A stretch of DNA of 64,000 nt from Cyanophora paradoxa CCMP329 (GCA_004431415.1 QPMI01000294.1:6315-70314), one strand, 5' to 3'; positions 10,470 to 23,689 are shown, counted from the stretch's first letter. Program-made: numbers and translations. Notes: generated by a model from the sequence alone, not told the origin.

Positions 10470-11855
10470 ATGCCAGCAACTGGAAGAATAGTTAGAAGAA
10501 CCACTGAGCAACTGCAAGGTAACCTACTGCCCATCACAATTCCAAAGGAGGAAAAGGGGGAATCTCGAATTGTTAAAAAGTCAGAGATGAAAGAGCTTGT
10601 CCCAGTAGAGATCCCAGTTGCTATTGCAGTGAAAGAAACCAGCAAGATTGCCAAGAGATTCTATGATGTGAGAACAGGTTACAAAGGGCTTCAAGCTATG
10701 AGAGCTGCGTTACCAGATGAATCCTATAAGCAATTGCAAGAGTTCTACAAGAAACAGGAAGTTGTTCAGATCAATGCACCTGCTATATCTAGGAAGAGAG
10801 ATCCCATGGTCCCAATCAGGCAACCCCTTGATACCTATGTGATTGATTTGCTCTTTTTCCCAGCTTATAAGAAACAAAACAATGGCTATGATACCTTTAT
10901 GACTGCTATGGAATCAACACTGAGAACTGGGTATATCATACCTATAAGAGATAAATCAGCTCTCACTACATTAGCTGCATTTAAGCAACTTGAAATGAGA
11001 GTGGCAAGACCCATAGTAAAAGTTCAATCAGATGCTGGGAGTGAATTCCAAAATCGAATATTCCAGGAGTATTTATCTAGTAAATACATAGAACACCAAG
11101 TGAGTGGAACTGCTGACCACAGAAGCCAAGGTCGAATTGAAGCCTTTAACAAGCAGATTAAGAGACTGATTACAAACTACTGCATAGCTAATAACACAGC
11201 TAGATTCTTTGATGTGTTAGGTGATATTGAGTATAATTACAATAATACAGTCCACTCAGCTACTAAGATGAAGCCAGGCGAAACTACAGAGGATCATTAT
11301 AGGTATATAGTGGGATTAGAAGATGAAAGATTCAAGAAATCAATAGCTTACCTTGATACCATGCAGCCTGGCATGTTTGTTAGAGTGAAAGTTGAGAAGA
11401 ACCCCTTTGCTAAACAGGGTAACAATTGGTCTAGGATGGTTTACACTGTTGATAGTAGGGAAGGCTTTAAGTTTAAGCTAAGGAGTCCCACTGGTGAGAT
11501 CATAGAAAACAGGTTTGCTTTCCATGAGCTGTTGCCTGTGAATGCAGTTGAATATCTAGAAACCCCTACAGTGGATGCCTTGGAGCAAGCTAAAGAGGAA
11601 GCCAGGGCTGATGCTGCTATAAGGAGAGAAGGCATAGAAGCTGCTAATGAAGTCCCAGATAAGCCTTTGATAGAGGCTAGAAAGGAGAAGGCTGGGAAAG
11701 TTAACAGGGAACTCAAAAAGCTCACTATAGCAGGGACACAGAAACTTTCTGAGGTTAATAGCCAGAGATGGTATAATGACTTTCAGACTACTAAGGAGTC
11801 ATATACAGCCCCTAAACCTCAGAGAACACTAAGAGAAAGGACCAAAACTAGCTAG
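10470..11855 (+). CDS. Retroviral-like (rve) DDE integrase
   Basis: YVIDL, VQSDAGSEF, GRIEAFNK (DDE), YNNTVHSATKMKP, and an SH3-like GMFVRV..W..VY segment typical of Polinton integrases. Confidence 0.93.
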   Translation: MPATGRIVRRTTEQLQGNLLPITIPKEEKGESRIVKKSEMKELVPVEIPVAIAVKETSKIAKRFYDVRTGYKGLQAMRAALPDESYKQLQEFYKKQEVVQINAPAISRKRDPMVPIRQPLDTYVIDLLFFPAYKKQNNGYDTFMTAMESTLRTGYIIPIRDKSALTTLAAFKQLEMRVARPIVKVQSDAGSEFQNRIFQEYLSSKYIEHQVSGTADHRSQGRIEAFNKQIKRLITNYCIANNTARFFDVLGDIEYNYNNTVHSATKMKPGETTEDHYRYIVGLEDERFKKSIAYLDTMQPGMFVRVKVEKNPFAKQGNNWSRMVYTVDSREGFKFKLRSPTGEIIENRFAFHELLPVNAVEYLETPTVDALEQAKEEARADAAIRREGIEAANEVPDKPLIEARKEKAGKVNRELKKLTIAGTQKLSEVNSQRWYNDFQTTKESYTAPKPQRTLRERTKTS

Positions 11856-12343
11856 TTTGCTAGGCAAAAACTCGTTTTTTCCAAATATATGTATGACTGA
11901 TATACATATATGCACATGATATACACATAGTCTTGTAGATCTTATCAAGCGCTTCACAGCGATATGCAGAACGTTGCGTTTTGATGATCTGGTGATGAGA
12001 TATAACAGTTTGAAGATGCCGATTATCGATTTTTCGAGATTTCGGAATGATGCATCATAATGATGTAATAATGATGTATCATAAACATATAACATATATA
12101 TATCGCCGTGATCGTCATGATCTCCCGAGTTCGATGGTGTGTCATATATATCATATACATATGCATCGTCATTATGACATCATTTCGTAACATTACACGT
12201 CCGTCATCGTCTTTTTCCGCAGCGAACAGATAAGTGAACAGTTAAGGAGACAACTATTGTAATAGTGGACTGCAACAACAATTGAAAACAAGATCTGTGG
12301 GAAAGCTATTGAAAGACAATGAAGCAAATTGCGAACAATTAAG

Positions 12344-12422
12344 TGAACAGTTAAGTGGACACCTGTTGGGAGTAGGCAGTGTCTACTCGTTTATCGTGAA
12401 ACGGTGTCCACTTAACTGTTCA
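12344..12422. repeat. 20-bp perfect inverted repeat in the non-coding right arm of PLV-1
   Basis: TGAACAGTTAAGTGGACACC (12344-12363) pairs with GGTGTCCACTTAACTGTTCA (12403-12422). AAGTGAACAGTTAAG also occurs near 12232. Confidence 0.8.
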
Positions 12423-12843
12423 TTTAACTGTTGACGAAAACCCATGCATTATGACATCATATCATTAAACCCCATACAAAACACTAAAACGCATGTATCT
12501 CTTCACCAACTCATCATCTGACAAAACCAAAAACAGATTCGGAATCCTCTTAACGAGGCCTGCGTGACGATGTAAGTATCATAGGCTCAATAATTCATAT
12601 GTTAATAAGCATCTGCCCTAGATTCCCCCTATAATTAAAGTGGACTCAAGGTTGACTCATATTAATCGATAGTATATGGATTTTGTTACGAATTCAATGC
12701 AAGGGTTGACTAAGTGGGTTGAGTTGACTCAAATTTCACAGGAAATAACAATGAATCAGAGTATAAAATGCATTTTTTGAATCAACTACACCAACTAACA
12801 CTGAGATTTTCACAATATATGAGGTCCTTACTGAATATGGTTT

Positions 12844-12936
12844 GTGTCACAGGTGTCACAGGTCTATCCCAAAGTTTTCTATAGCATAAAAATGAACTCT
12901 CAAAAGTTTGGGATGGACCTGTGACACCTGTGACAC
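12844..12936. repeat. Iteron-like hairpin copy B
   Basis: GTGTCACAGGTGTCACAGGTCTATCCCAAA ... TTTGGGATGGACCTGTGACACCTGTGACAC. Confidence 0.85.
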
Positions 12937-13031
12937 TCGATTATTTCATTTGTTTATTCAAGTAGAATTACATAGATAAACTTCTTACTTATTGTTACTG
13001 AGTTTTTCATTATAAAAGAGGATCTTACCAT

Positions 13032-13143
13032 AAATGGTGTTGTTCACAGGTGTCACAGGTCTATCCCAAAGTTTTCACATATATAAAAATCAACTATCAA
13101 AAGTTTGGGATTGACCTGTGACACCTGTGACACCTGTGACACC
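13032..13143. repeat. Iteron-like hairpin copy C (inverted relative to copy A)
   Basis: AAATGGTGTTGTTCACAGGTGTCACAGGTC is the reverse complement of 3369-3398. The triple repeat is on the right arm. Confidence 0.85.
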
Positions 13144-13385
13144 CAATTTTCTAAGGGTCCCCCCTTAGAATCATTAAAACATGATAAAAACATATCAATT
13201 TCATGTATAATTACGATTGAATTCAATAAGAGATCGATTTATTTTATTTAACAAATGAATCATTTATGGATCTTAATCGAGTTTAGCGATATATTTCCGA
13301 TTAAATGAATTAAATTTAATTAAATTTAATCGAGAAAGTACATGAATATAATATCGATTAAAAGAATTAAACAAACAGACCAATC

Positions 13386-13668
13386 ACACATAGTAAAATG
13401 CGGAGTTTTAACCAGAGGCAAGATCTAATTGAAATTCAGTTATATTATTCGGAAATATATACAGATTATCGATAGACTCAGTAAGACTAATCGGAAAATA
13501 AGAGAAATTTACGATAAAATATCGAAAAGAATACAAAATAATCGAAATAAATGAATATTCGATAAGATATACACAGATTATCGATTGATTGAAATAGAAT
13601 ATACGAGATATATCAACAAAATCAATTAAGATAAGCCGAGGGTTAAAACTCCGCATTTTACTATGTGT
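13386..13668. repeat. Terminal 283-bp cassette bounded by 28-bp perfect inverted repeats
   Basis: ACACATAGTAAAATGCGGAGTTTTAACC (13386-13413) pairs with GGTTAAAACTCCGCATTTTACTATGTGT (13641-13668). Confidence 0.88.
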
Positions 13669-16600
13669 CGCGGTCGGGCTGGGCGAGCGGCTCGCCTTGC
13701 ACATGGACACAACCTCCTAGCACCTCCGACTCGCAGCTCGACAGTCCGCTGTCCTTCACTGAGACATCCGCTACAGCGTCCACAGAAATACAGCCGCCAC
13801 TTTGCGCAGAAGAGCTCGATATGATCGCGTTCTGGAGATGGCAATGCGACTGCTTGCCACACCAAATCCCGCCACCGCGGCCGTTTGTGGCCCGGCTATG
13901 GAAGAATGACGAGTATGTAGCCCGCAGTATCCCTTGTCCGTTTGCAGCAGCTCCTCCCCCTGGAACGAACATTAGTAAGTGCAAGGCTTGCGATGAATAG
14001 AAATATTGCAATGCGCGCACCGTCTTGCTGTGCGGTGGAGTGCGTCACTGTAGACTCTAAAATCTCCAGGTCTCCAGAGCCTGTCACAAAGACGGTTCCG
14101 CCCGTTTCCGCGGAATTTTCGGTGAGAGAGCATCGCTGGCAAATGGCGGTTCCGGCTTCAACGACAATCGCCCCTCCGCTCGCCTCGGCCTGTGCAGGAA
14201 ATTTGAAAAGCGTCAGTCCCGCTCGCGCATCGGGAATATAGTGGCTCTGAATCGCACCGAGCCGTGACTCATGGTGACGTTTTTCAGGCGCAGCCCATTC
14301 GAGTTCGCAACATACATGCAACCGCCAGTGTATGCGACACATTCGGAGAGAACAGAATCACGCAGGATGACTCTATTGTCCGTGCTCTCAGAATCCACAT
14401 AGATTCCCCCTCCCTTGGTCGCGCTGCTCACTTTGGTGATGCGCAACGCGCGCCCGTCGAGAATGAGCCGGCCCTTCAGCACTAGCGCCCCGCCGTAGTC
14501 AGTAGCCCGAGCACCCGTGATGTCAACTTCTTCCATCAGCACCTCCCCGCCATCCTGTAGCACGCTTGAGCTGCGATCCGCTCCACATTGCGTCGAGAAC
14601 GCAGCGGAGGGCGAGGTCGAAAACGAGCCCGTGACCGCAGCGTTAGCCGCGAGCAGTATAGCGCCCGCCTGACGACCCCGAACCCCAGCAATTGACGTCC
14701 GTCTGATCGTTGTCGACGATCTGTGCTCGATGTACATCGCGCCGCCTTGCGTCCAGCCTGTCTCGCCACATTCAGAGAACGACGTGCCGTCCACCACTGT
14801 CGATGCTGCCCTGGAGACGAGCGCGCCACCGGCGCCGAGGCCGCTGCAACGGACGAACTCCGACGATGACAGCTGCAGCCTAGCGATGTATTCTGGCACG
14901 ACGACCGCGCCGCCGTCTATCCCGCTGCTGCTGTTTTCGAAACGAACGGCCTGGATAATAATCTCAGGTTGCTGACTGAGATCTAGAGATGGATACCCAG
15001 TGAGCAGAATAGAGCCGCCGGATCCGACGGCGCGGCTGTTGATGAAGTCAGTGGACTTGACTGAGAGCCGCTGGAGCTGCTGTCCGAGAATTGCCCCTCC
15101 TCCAGAATCTGCCCCGAAGGACTGGCCCATACCCGTACCCGCACCTAGCCCCGATCCGCACGCCGTGTCCGAGTTACTTAGGAAGCGTGAATCGCGCACA
15201 TCGACGACGCTCTTTGGATCCCTCGTGCGGCCGACAACGTGCAGAGCGCCACCTCCGAAGAGAAGCCCGGTCAAGGAGTTGGAGGACGGACCATCGCCGC
15301 TGCATTCCACCGGGCACCACGCAAGAGCGTTGCGTGTGAAGTTGGAGGCGAGGACGGTCAGGGCGGAAATGCCAGATATATGCATGGCTCCTCCAAGTCG
15401 CGGAGCCTGAAGCCGACCTCGGACGTTAGCAATCGCATTAATATTGTCGCAACCATAGCTTATTTATATTTATAAAACGCCGCACCCGGTTGGCCACAAA
15501 AGAGCAACCCTCGATCAGGACGGTACTTGTTGACAACGCGTCCGCTGAACTCGTGATGCTCACAGCGCCGCCGGCGCCACTACCGGCACCATTTTCGCTC
15601 TCGATCCTATTGTTCGCAAATGTAGCCCGCTGGACTGTAACCTAGGCATTTGCCGCTTCAGATAAAGCATTGCAAATTGGATTCACGATCCATTTGCAAT
15701 GAAAGAAACGGACTTGGAGGGCGGATGGTCCAAGGCGGACAGCGATGGCCCCGCCGCCAATGCGCGCTCTATTATCCTCGAATGTGCTGTCGCTGATTTC
15801 GACAGCGTCAGCAGCTGCATAGAAGGCACCTGCCTCCGATCTGCGATCCGATTGCGTCATGTTCAATTACGTTCCAGCTTCCTTTTTATTAATTCTCGCT
15901 TGCGAACGCACTGCTCTGCCACATTGTCCTTAAAAACGCTTGACGAGATGCGGACGGAGCCAACACGGCCCGCGTAGAGCGCGGAGCCAGGCCCCGCGAA
16001 CTTGTTGCCGGAGAAGAAAGAGGTCTCTACGATAGCCTGGCCAACATTATTCACCACCACTGCACTTTGCATGCGGGCGTTGCGGAGATTAACAAAGGAG
16101 GTGCGACTGATGCTCAATGCGCCCCCTCCCTCAACGACAACGATCCCAGCGCCGAGATTTAGAGACTCAGGCTTGAGCTCAACAGCTGAAACGCTGACGT
16201 TCGAGCTAATGTTGCCGAATCTTTCGGCTACTGACCCATCGAAGACGCAATTGGATACGGAGATCTGCACTTTTTCTCCAGCTGATATGTGCAACACCGG
16301 GCCCAAAGTGCCTCCTCCTTGGAGAGTGATGCCTGAAACCGTAAGACGGCTGCTTGGATGAAGCAGCGTGACGTTTAGGAATCCACACACTCCTGCCATG
16401 TCGACGATTGTAAACGATGCTCCGCTGAGGGAAGTGATTTGCAGATCCGTCGCCTTGCCCTCGTCCGACACTGTCATCCAAAACCCTGATTGGCAAGATA
16501 GCGCTTCGTGCCGACCCGGCATCAAGACGACATTGCGAGTAGTGCCGGCGACGCGGCGAAGTCCTCTCGCGATGGTCTCGAACGGTTTCGCAAAAGACCC

Positions 16601-16810
16601 ATCGTTGATCATATCGTCGCCTCCCCAACAGACGCCTCCAGCACAACGCAGAGGGGAGTTCCAAACGAACACTCGCTGAACACCGTTGCTAGCTTCCAAC
16701 GCTGAAGGAGAGGGAACGGGACAGAAAGCGCAGGGACCGACCGCTGCGGTATTGTTGGCGTCGAACACGGCAGGATATCTGCTTGCAAAGAAGTTGATAA
16801 ATGCAAACAT
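13669..16810 (-). CDS. Host large surface protein, parallel beta-helix (Pmp-like GGAI / FxxN) repeat exons; cut by PLV-1 at 13668
   Basis: Recurrent F..N.A..GGAI motifs (FEDNRARIGGGAI, GGGAIL, GGSIL, GGALV) and DGSFAKPFETIARGL. Short GT-AG introns; exon limits are approximate. Confidence 0.75.
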
Positions 16811-17111
16811 AATATTTACACAGCGGCAGGGGCTTAAAAACTACGTATACTGCACCTTGATCCAGCAGCGGAGCACAGAATATCCGCCTCGGACAGGCCT
16901 CTTATTGAAGCGCAGTCTTCATCGAACGCGCCACACCCACAGTCGCATCCATCGCCAGCAGCGTAATGTCGGCTGCAGCCCCAGCGCACGGGAAGAAGCG
17001 CCGACTGAGAGCCACTGATCAGGCTTGGCTGCTGGACAAGGCTGAATTCGGGATCGACGAAGATAGTTTCCAGCCCGTTGCTTGCGAGGAGTGCCTGGAT
17101 AGCGATTTATA

Positions 17112-20100
17112 TTATATGTTCGAATGCGCATTTAGGGCTTTCAAGCGAAAATAAAGATTTACCTCGAATTGGCTCGAAATTGTCGATTTATAGGACTCTT
17201 CAGTCACCTGAATGAAGAATTTTGTGGATCCAGACGCTAATAATGACACGCGAAGACTTTCCCGCGGCACGTTCAAAGCCTCTGCTAGCTTCTGGAGCAC
17301 AATGTTTACGTGTCGGGGCGAATCCCGGCGAGCCTCTTCAAAGGGGATGTTGAACACAAAGACCAGGGCGAATCCGTCATCGTACGCGTCCGCCACGTCT
17401 GTCGCCGTCTCTCCCGGTTCCGGGCAGAGACCGGAATACGTGTAGACACGAAGCCTTCGCAGGAATCCAGAGCTCGACGAGATTTCAGCACGGACGAGAC
17501 CACCGATCGAGACTTCGTTGCGCGGGGCTCGAGTATCGCAGACGGAGCCGGTGTCCAACTCGATCAACTGCGCCCCTGAGACGGTTCTCACAGCGATGAC
17601 TCGCGCCGGGATGTCTCCAAGAGCGACTGTTACGTTCGAACTCGCTATATCAGAGGGCACCATGCCTCGACCAATAATCGTGACGCGCTCGCCGCCACGC
17701 ACAGATCCTGCACGATTCGATATTTTGAATGAAATGAATGATTACTATTCAATTGAGCGAACCTTCTGACGGAACGAACTTGTCAATGCCTCGCACCTCG
17801 ACGCCACCCAAATCTGCCGTCGATGTCTTTCCGTAGAGCCTGTCGGTGATTGTGATGCCGAGCCGCCCAGTTCCCAAAGATGATGTATCGGGTAGGGAGA
17901 TCTCCAGCTCCTGAGCGCTAAAATCAGCGCCGCTCGCAGCACAGCAATCCGTTATTATTACAGCAACCAATTGTTTTTTGCAAGCGCACGTGAGAGCCAT
18001 CACTCTTCAGATCTGAAAGGCGTAGCGCTGCAGAATCGATGTGCAGGGATCGGACTTGGCTTCTGTCCATCGCCACGATTACGATCGCCTGCGAAACGTC
18101 CGAGACGAGGTGCGCGCCAAAAAGGGTGACCTGCAGTACGGTTCGACGAATAGCTCATGTTCACAAGCGCCAGCATGCACCGTCTTTGCCTCCGAAAGAT
18201 TCACTGTTGCGGGTTGAATTGTGTGCACACCGGTGTAGGTAAAAGAGCCGCGGGGACCCTGGGAAATGACAGCTGTACCATCCACAAGGCACGTAACAAA
18301 GCCGAAACCAGACGAAACGCCAGCGGCACGCGCGTTTCCAGTTGAGAGAATGACCGATCGGCTCTCGAAAGCGGGTCGCGGTGAAGAAGTATTTGAGCTG
18401 AAGGTTGGCTCAACTACTGCGGGCACGCCCTTGATGGAGCATGTAGGGAGTCCGGCAGGCCAGACGCCCACCAGAGTCACGGAGGACCCGCCCTCGAGTG
18501 GTCCCGCTTGCGGCAAAACACGTTCGATCCCATACACGGTGAAAGCGGAAGGCCGAATGAGAGTTGTGACGCCTGACTCGGTGCTGACTCGGACAGCGAC
18601 ATCGTACACGCGCGGGCTCAAAGAGAATTGAGGAAAAGCGGGGACGAAGCCGATAATCGATGATGAGTTAACATCGACGCCCTCAACTACAAGGCTCGCG
18701 TCTCCAATTAATACAGCGTAGTCGTTAGGATTCGACGATGGCACGAGGGATGTGCCTAATTATAAAAGGCGCATGGCTCATGGTCAGTATTACACCAGAT
18801 AAAATGAGAGGACAACGATGTGTGTAGCAAGCACCTCGGACGACGACAGTAGCATTTCCAGCGATGGAGCACGCTCCTGGAGTAACAACATCGATCCCGG
18901 TGAACTGGAAGGCACGCTCACGTGCCGTTCGGAAGCTGTAATTTCCGTGGGTGATTTGGACAGCAACCTCGACGGGTCCTGTCCGAATCCCTGCTGCAAA
19001 AAGCAACGCGGCGCTTGGGAGTGTAACCAGCAGCGATGCTCGATCCACACTAATCGCATCGGAGTAACTGACATCGCATGGAAAGCCAGCCACGGTGACG
19101 GCCGGCGTTCTCGCTGATGTGGTGTCTCCGAGAGAAAGGAGGCTGAGCCCAATGATTGTAATGAGCCTTGAGTTAGCATCGATCGGCAACAATGATGGTG
19201 TGATGGCGTAAATGCCCTAAAAGTGCACGTACAGTTTAGTAATGAGATACGTTGCGCAGAAATGAGAATCAGGGACCTCAAATGTGAAATTCGCCGTGCT
19301 AGCATAAATACTGCCACGGATGTTCCATAGCACTGGGCCTTGAACGTAGGTTAACGTTCCAGAGGACAGGTCGAACACACTTGAAAGGCGAGACTCTTCC
19401 AGCCTGCACGCACACTTTTATCAAAGACAGAGGGAGAAGCCGCTGAGCTGGGGAGAAACACGGACCGTTGCGTCCTAAGGACGACTTGCATTTCCCCTCG
19501 CGTTTCATCAAGGACTGTCATCGATTCAACGAGAGCCGAAACGCCTGCAGCTGTGACGTCGCTGACGTTTGCCGATCCAGAAACGATGTCGACACCGGTG
19601 AGCGTCACGAGAGTGCCTCCTTCCATATATCCTCGCGACGGTACGGGTCCGGATGTGAAGCCGGCCGCTGAGCGTTGAGTTTAACGTTTGCGTTGTCCAC
19701 ACAAGGTGCGAATTGGCTCACCGGCATGGTAGTCAAAAGCGAAAGGAGAAACGAGTGAGCCACGAGCAAATGAATTGACCCGCAAAATACACGAATGATG
19801 CAAGAGGGAAAGGGAAGGGGGCATTGTTCGAATGACGACCATAGTGCGAAGCTCGGCAGCACATGTCGAGTTCTTTAATTCCTCTCTTAAACTGGCTTGC
19901 ACCGCAAGCTGCTCCGGACCAAACCAATCAAAGTCCTCGGTTGTGACGGTCACGGCACTGGCGCTTCCGCACTCCACACGGATGTGCTCTACGTCCGACG
20001 CGCCATCCGCCATGTCGCATCCGAGAATTGAGAGTGGGTACTGGTGTAAAGCCAGAGGCGTCAGAGAATGCAAAATCGCATGCACGATAGCGACTTAATG

Positions 20101-22348
20101 TATCGTAGAGCAGCACGCACTCCGCCGAGGTTCGGTCCGTGCCGGGGTACGACGCCCTCAATCCTGCCCTTGCCTCGGTAGACAAATCTGGCGTCCTGCG
20201 TAGACGCGCACCACTGTCTACTGAATAGCTTGACAAGCACGGGACCCGCAAACGAGAAGCTGCTACTTGAATTAGCTGCTGACGTCCTGGCGGATATGAG
20301 ATAGTTTGACTGAGATTCGACGGTCGCTTCCATTCCCGCTAGGAAAACCCGTGCTGCCCTCACGCTACTGTCAGACGAAGCAGAGGCAATCGGAATGCTA
20401 AGCTGAGTCCCGCCATCTAGACTGCCAGACGAAGGAGATGCCGAGAGGACTGAGCAGAATGGAACGGCCTGGAACTGGACAGAAACGTCTTCCACGGCGA
20501 GACTGCTCCTTAGTGACGGGGGAATTCTGTCGAAAGAGGATCGGGAGTAAGCCAGTTGAAAAGCAAACGTTTCAGAAGATCATGATCAATGCTGCCTTAC
20601 CGGTACACGGAGACAGCAACGAGCGATGAGCCCTCGCGGAGTTGAAGCTCCTCTTGGCCCAAGATGTTGCAAGGAAGACCGCAGGCGCTTAGAGCTGCTG
20701 CGGACAAGTCTACATCGACCACCGTCACTCTCAAGAGGGTTGGCACTTCATCGCTCGCCCCGGGATCGACAACCGTCACTTCGTACGCTCCGGAGGCGGC
20801 ATGGAACTGAAAGGCATCCTTCAGTAGGCCGATACCGCGACTAACAGACTCCGTAAGGACGCTGCACTGCGCTGCCCGCGTCGTGTTCAGGCGACTGGAG
20901 AGTGCAGGTATGGTGACCACCAGAACTGATAAATTGGCCTGCAGAATCTCCGCCGGAACCGACATATTTGCTACAGCATCGCTGCAAACGAGCTGCACGG
21001 ATACAATGTCGCTTATGCCGTCGGCGAGATTTTCGCCCGCGATCGTGACTTGGCTTTGAGCCATGTTTCGAGGACCATGGTCCGGGGCAATTGAGAGGAC
21101 ACGTGGAAGCTCGTTGTACTTAAACAGAATGTCCCCTGTGCAATTGCCATGCGACGATGACCACACGTCGATTCGACCGGCGTCCGTGCTTACTCCGGGA
21201 CTGGTTATGAGCACCAATGAATCCGAAGCCGATGTGCTGCTCACGATCCCGCGAGCTGCATCGACCGCAATTCCTGCCAAGCTCACAACTTGCACGGTGG
21301 TAGGATTATGAAATCTGCCAGAGACGGTCACGGTTGAGCCGCCTGCAAGCTTGCCACTCGTAGGAGAGACGGAGAGAATCTCGCAGGCTGGGTTGTAGAT
21401 GTAAGTGCAACGCGTGCAGCCTAGAGCTTGGGTGCTGCCACGCGAGATCGAGGAGATCACAACAGGAACGGAGGCACCCAATGTCGCGTTCACCGCTAGC
21501 GGCGGGGTGACGACCACCACCATGCGGTCCGAGGGAGGCGGGTCCTGCAGGATGAGAGCGCTGGCGTTCCCGAAGCGCACTTCCGAAACCGAGTCTCACA
21601 CTTCCGCAAAGAACCGGCCGGCCAGGGTGACTGCGCGGGGCATATTCCTCGTTAGTTCCAATCGGATCTAAATATTAAGCGCAGGCGCAGAGCAAATTGA
21701 TTACTCACGAACCGATGTTACCGCCATGATATGGTCCAGAAAGCGGCACGACGGATTCGATGGCCCCAGCTGATCATGACAAGCTTTTTAGACTTATTAC
21801 GAACGTGCATCGGGGGTACGCACGACCGAGGTACGTGTACGCCTCCGGGGAGCTGATCGTGCGGGCAAAGAGCCTCGAATACACCACCACTTCGCCGGTG
21901 TACTGGGACAGCGCGGCCCTGCGGGCGTCCCCTGCCCGCACCACGACCGTAGAGCTTGTGCTGCTTATCTGCGCAGCGCAAAGAAACGGTATCCGTGAGT
22001 GGGGTTGATTGCTGTTTGGATTGGCCAGTTGCAAGCGCACGATCTCTTGGGCGGGGACGCCGCATAGATCAACGCGGTAAATATCGGAGGGCATTGTGTC
22101 CACTCCGAGCCGCTCTCCTGCTCAAAGATAAAGCTTAAAAGCTTAAAGAGCTTAAAGCTTAAAGATAAAGATAGCTTAAAGAGCTTAAAGCTTAAAGATA
22201 GGAACGACACAAGAGAAGAATGCATGGAACCTGCTATAGTTACAATATTTCCACCTTCCATCGGCCCCTCGTTCCTCGTAACAGAAAATATTTCCCCGAC
22301 TGCAGCCTTCAGCATTAATGCGTAAAATCGAAAACAGCGTATGATCAT
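17112..22348 (-). CDS. Host large surface protein, tandem IPT/TIG (Ig-like) domain exons
   Basis: Repeated P..G...GG..VTI.G motifs (PQAGPLEGGSSVTLVG, PTSGKLAGGSTVTVSG, PDHGPRN..VTIAGENL, EGPMEGGNIVTIAG) ending in F.Y. Multi-exon, limits approximate. Confidence 0.8.
22124..22200. repeat. Low-complexity AAAGCTT/AAAGAT repeat, probably intronic
   Basis: Tandem agcttaaag/agataa units between two IPT exons. Confidence 0.6.
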
Positions 22349-23689
22349 GAATAAGCATCACCTCTCGCAACGACGACACTGTCAATCTGGAGGGGGCTCT
22401 GCAATCACGTCAATTAAAGTCTGATTTGTGAACTGGCCATCGGAAAGGGTGTAATTCCTATAAGAATTACAAACCGAGGATCGAGCTCCAATGACGAGAG
22501 CGAGGTTCTGCGATGATGCCAATTTCGTGTTCTGCACAGCAATTCTGCTCAAAGGAGGCTCAGCATGGAAAAGTACACTCAGATTGACAGAGAGCAATTG
22601 TACAAATGTTAACAGTACCTGTTGAGCAAGTTGTGTGAGGTTCCGTCTGCAGAAGATGTAAAGAACGAGAGCTCGGCACTAGAACTTTTAGGGTCGGATG
22701 CCACCGGCGTAAACGACATGTGCGCTCGCCATTGCCAGAGGGACGAAACGGCGTCGGTCACGTTCGGCCGTGCGTCCACGAAAGCAGGATAATAGTTTTC
22801 GGAAGACGTCGACGATGGGGTACGGCTTCCTTTAGTGATCCATGTCTGTCTCCCGTCGTACACTGCGATCCCGGGCCGCACATCGGACCTAAGCGCCGAC
22901 GATGATGGCGCGCGGTCATCGAATCGCAGTGCCACCGAAATTCCCTGAACATCATTACTCGTTAAAGACGCTTTAAGATCTAGAGTGCACGGTTGCATGA
23001 GCGTTCACCTGAAGAAATCCTGTATCGGTGGTGTAAAAGGACTTCAGCTGCTTGAATGTCTGGGCGTCCTGGCACATCGAGCCTGGCATGCTGCCCACTG
23101 CAAAGCTCAGGCTAGAAAGCCATTCCAAGGGAGCTTCAGCTGGCGTGGTGAGGGTTATTGTCGCTTTGAAGAAAGGCCCTGGGTTCGAAGCGAGAGATGG
23201 TAGCTGCGCGGTGGTAAGAGCGGCTGCAGCGCAGAATGCAAAAAGTGCCAAAAAGCTCGAACTGGAAAGACAGTAAACGAGCCCGGGACTGACGCCTGGA
23301 CAACTCGACCAGTAGCGTTGACCGACTGCAGATTGAGCATCTCCCGTCCAGGCGCTGCGCTCGCACAGCCGATACACCCAGATCAGCAAACGCACACTCG
23401 GCACATGCACGCCAGTCGCAAAGACTGCGAAAGGCTACACGGGGGCGGAACCGGTTTAAGCTCACAGCTGCAGCGAGCCGCAACAGTTCCGAGGGGGCCC
23501 CCCCAGGACCAAAGAGCGCACGCATGGCCCAGCACGCGTCGTCGTCCTCGACATATTGCGATGCAACGTCCCCGATAGTTCCAGTTTGTTCGATGTGTCG
23601 GAGGTCGGCATGCATCAGAACGTTTGCGTCGAGAACTGCGCATGCGTTTTGTTGCGCTGTTTTCAGCTGTGGCAATGGGACGTACCTTG

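Larger units (their letters stand above)
1..13668. mobile_element. Endogenous Polinton-like virus PLV-1 (left part outside the window)
   Basis: AT-rich, intronless, gene-dense block with MCP, A32-like ATPase, primase-helicase, pPolB and rve integrase. It switches abruptly to GC-richer host coding sequence after ...CTATGTGT at 13668. Confidence 0.93.

Noticed and set aside
23225-23285. Apparent signal peptide SSSSFLALFAFCAAAA starting a separate IPT gene
   Set aside because: There is no adjacent ATG. The pyrimidine-rich stretch ends in CTGCAG and looks like an intron 3' end, though a separate gene is not excluded.
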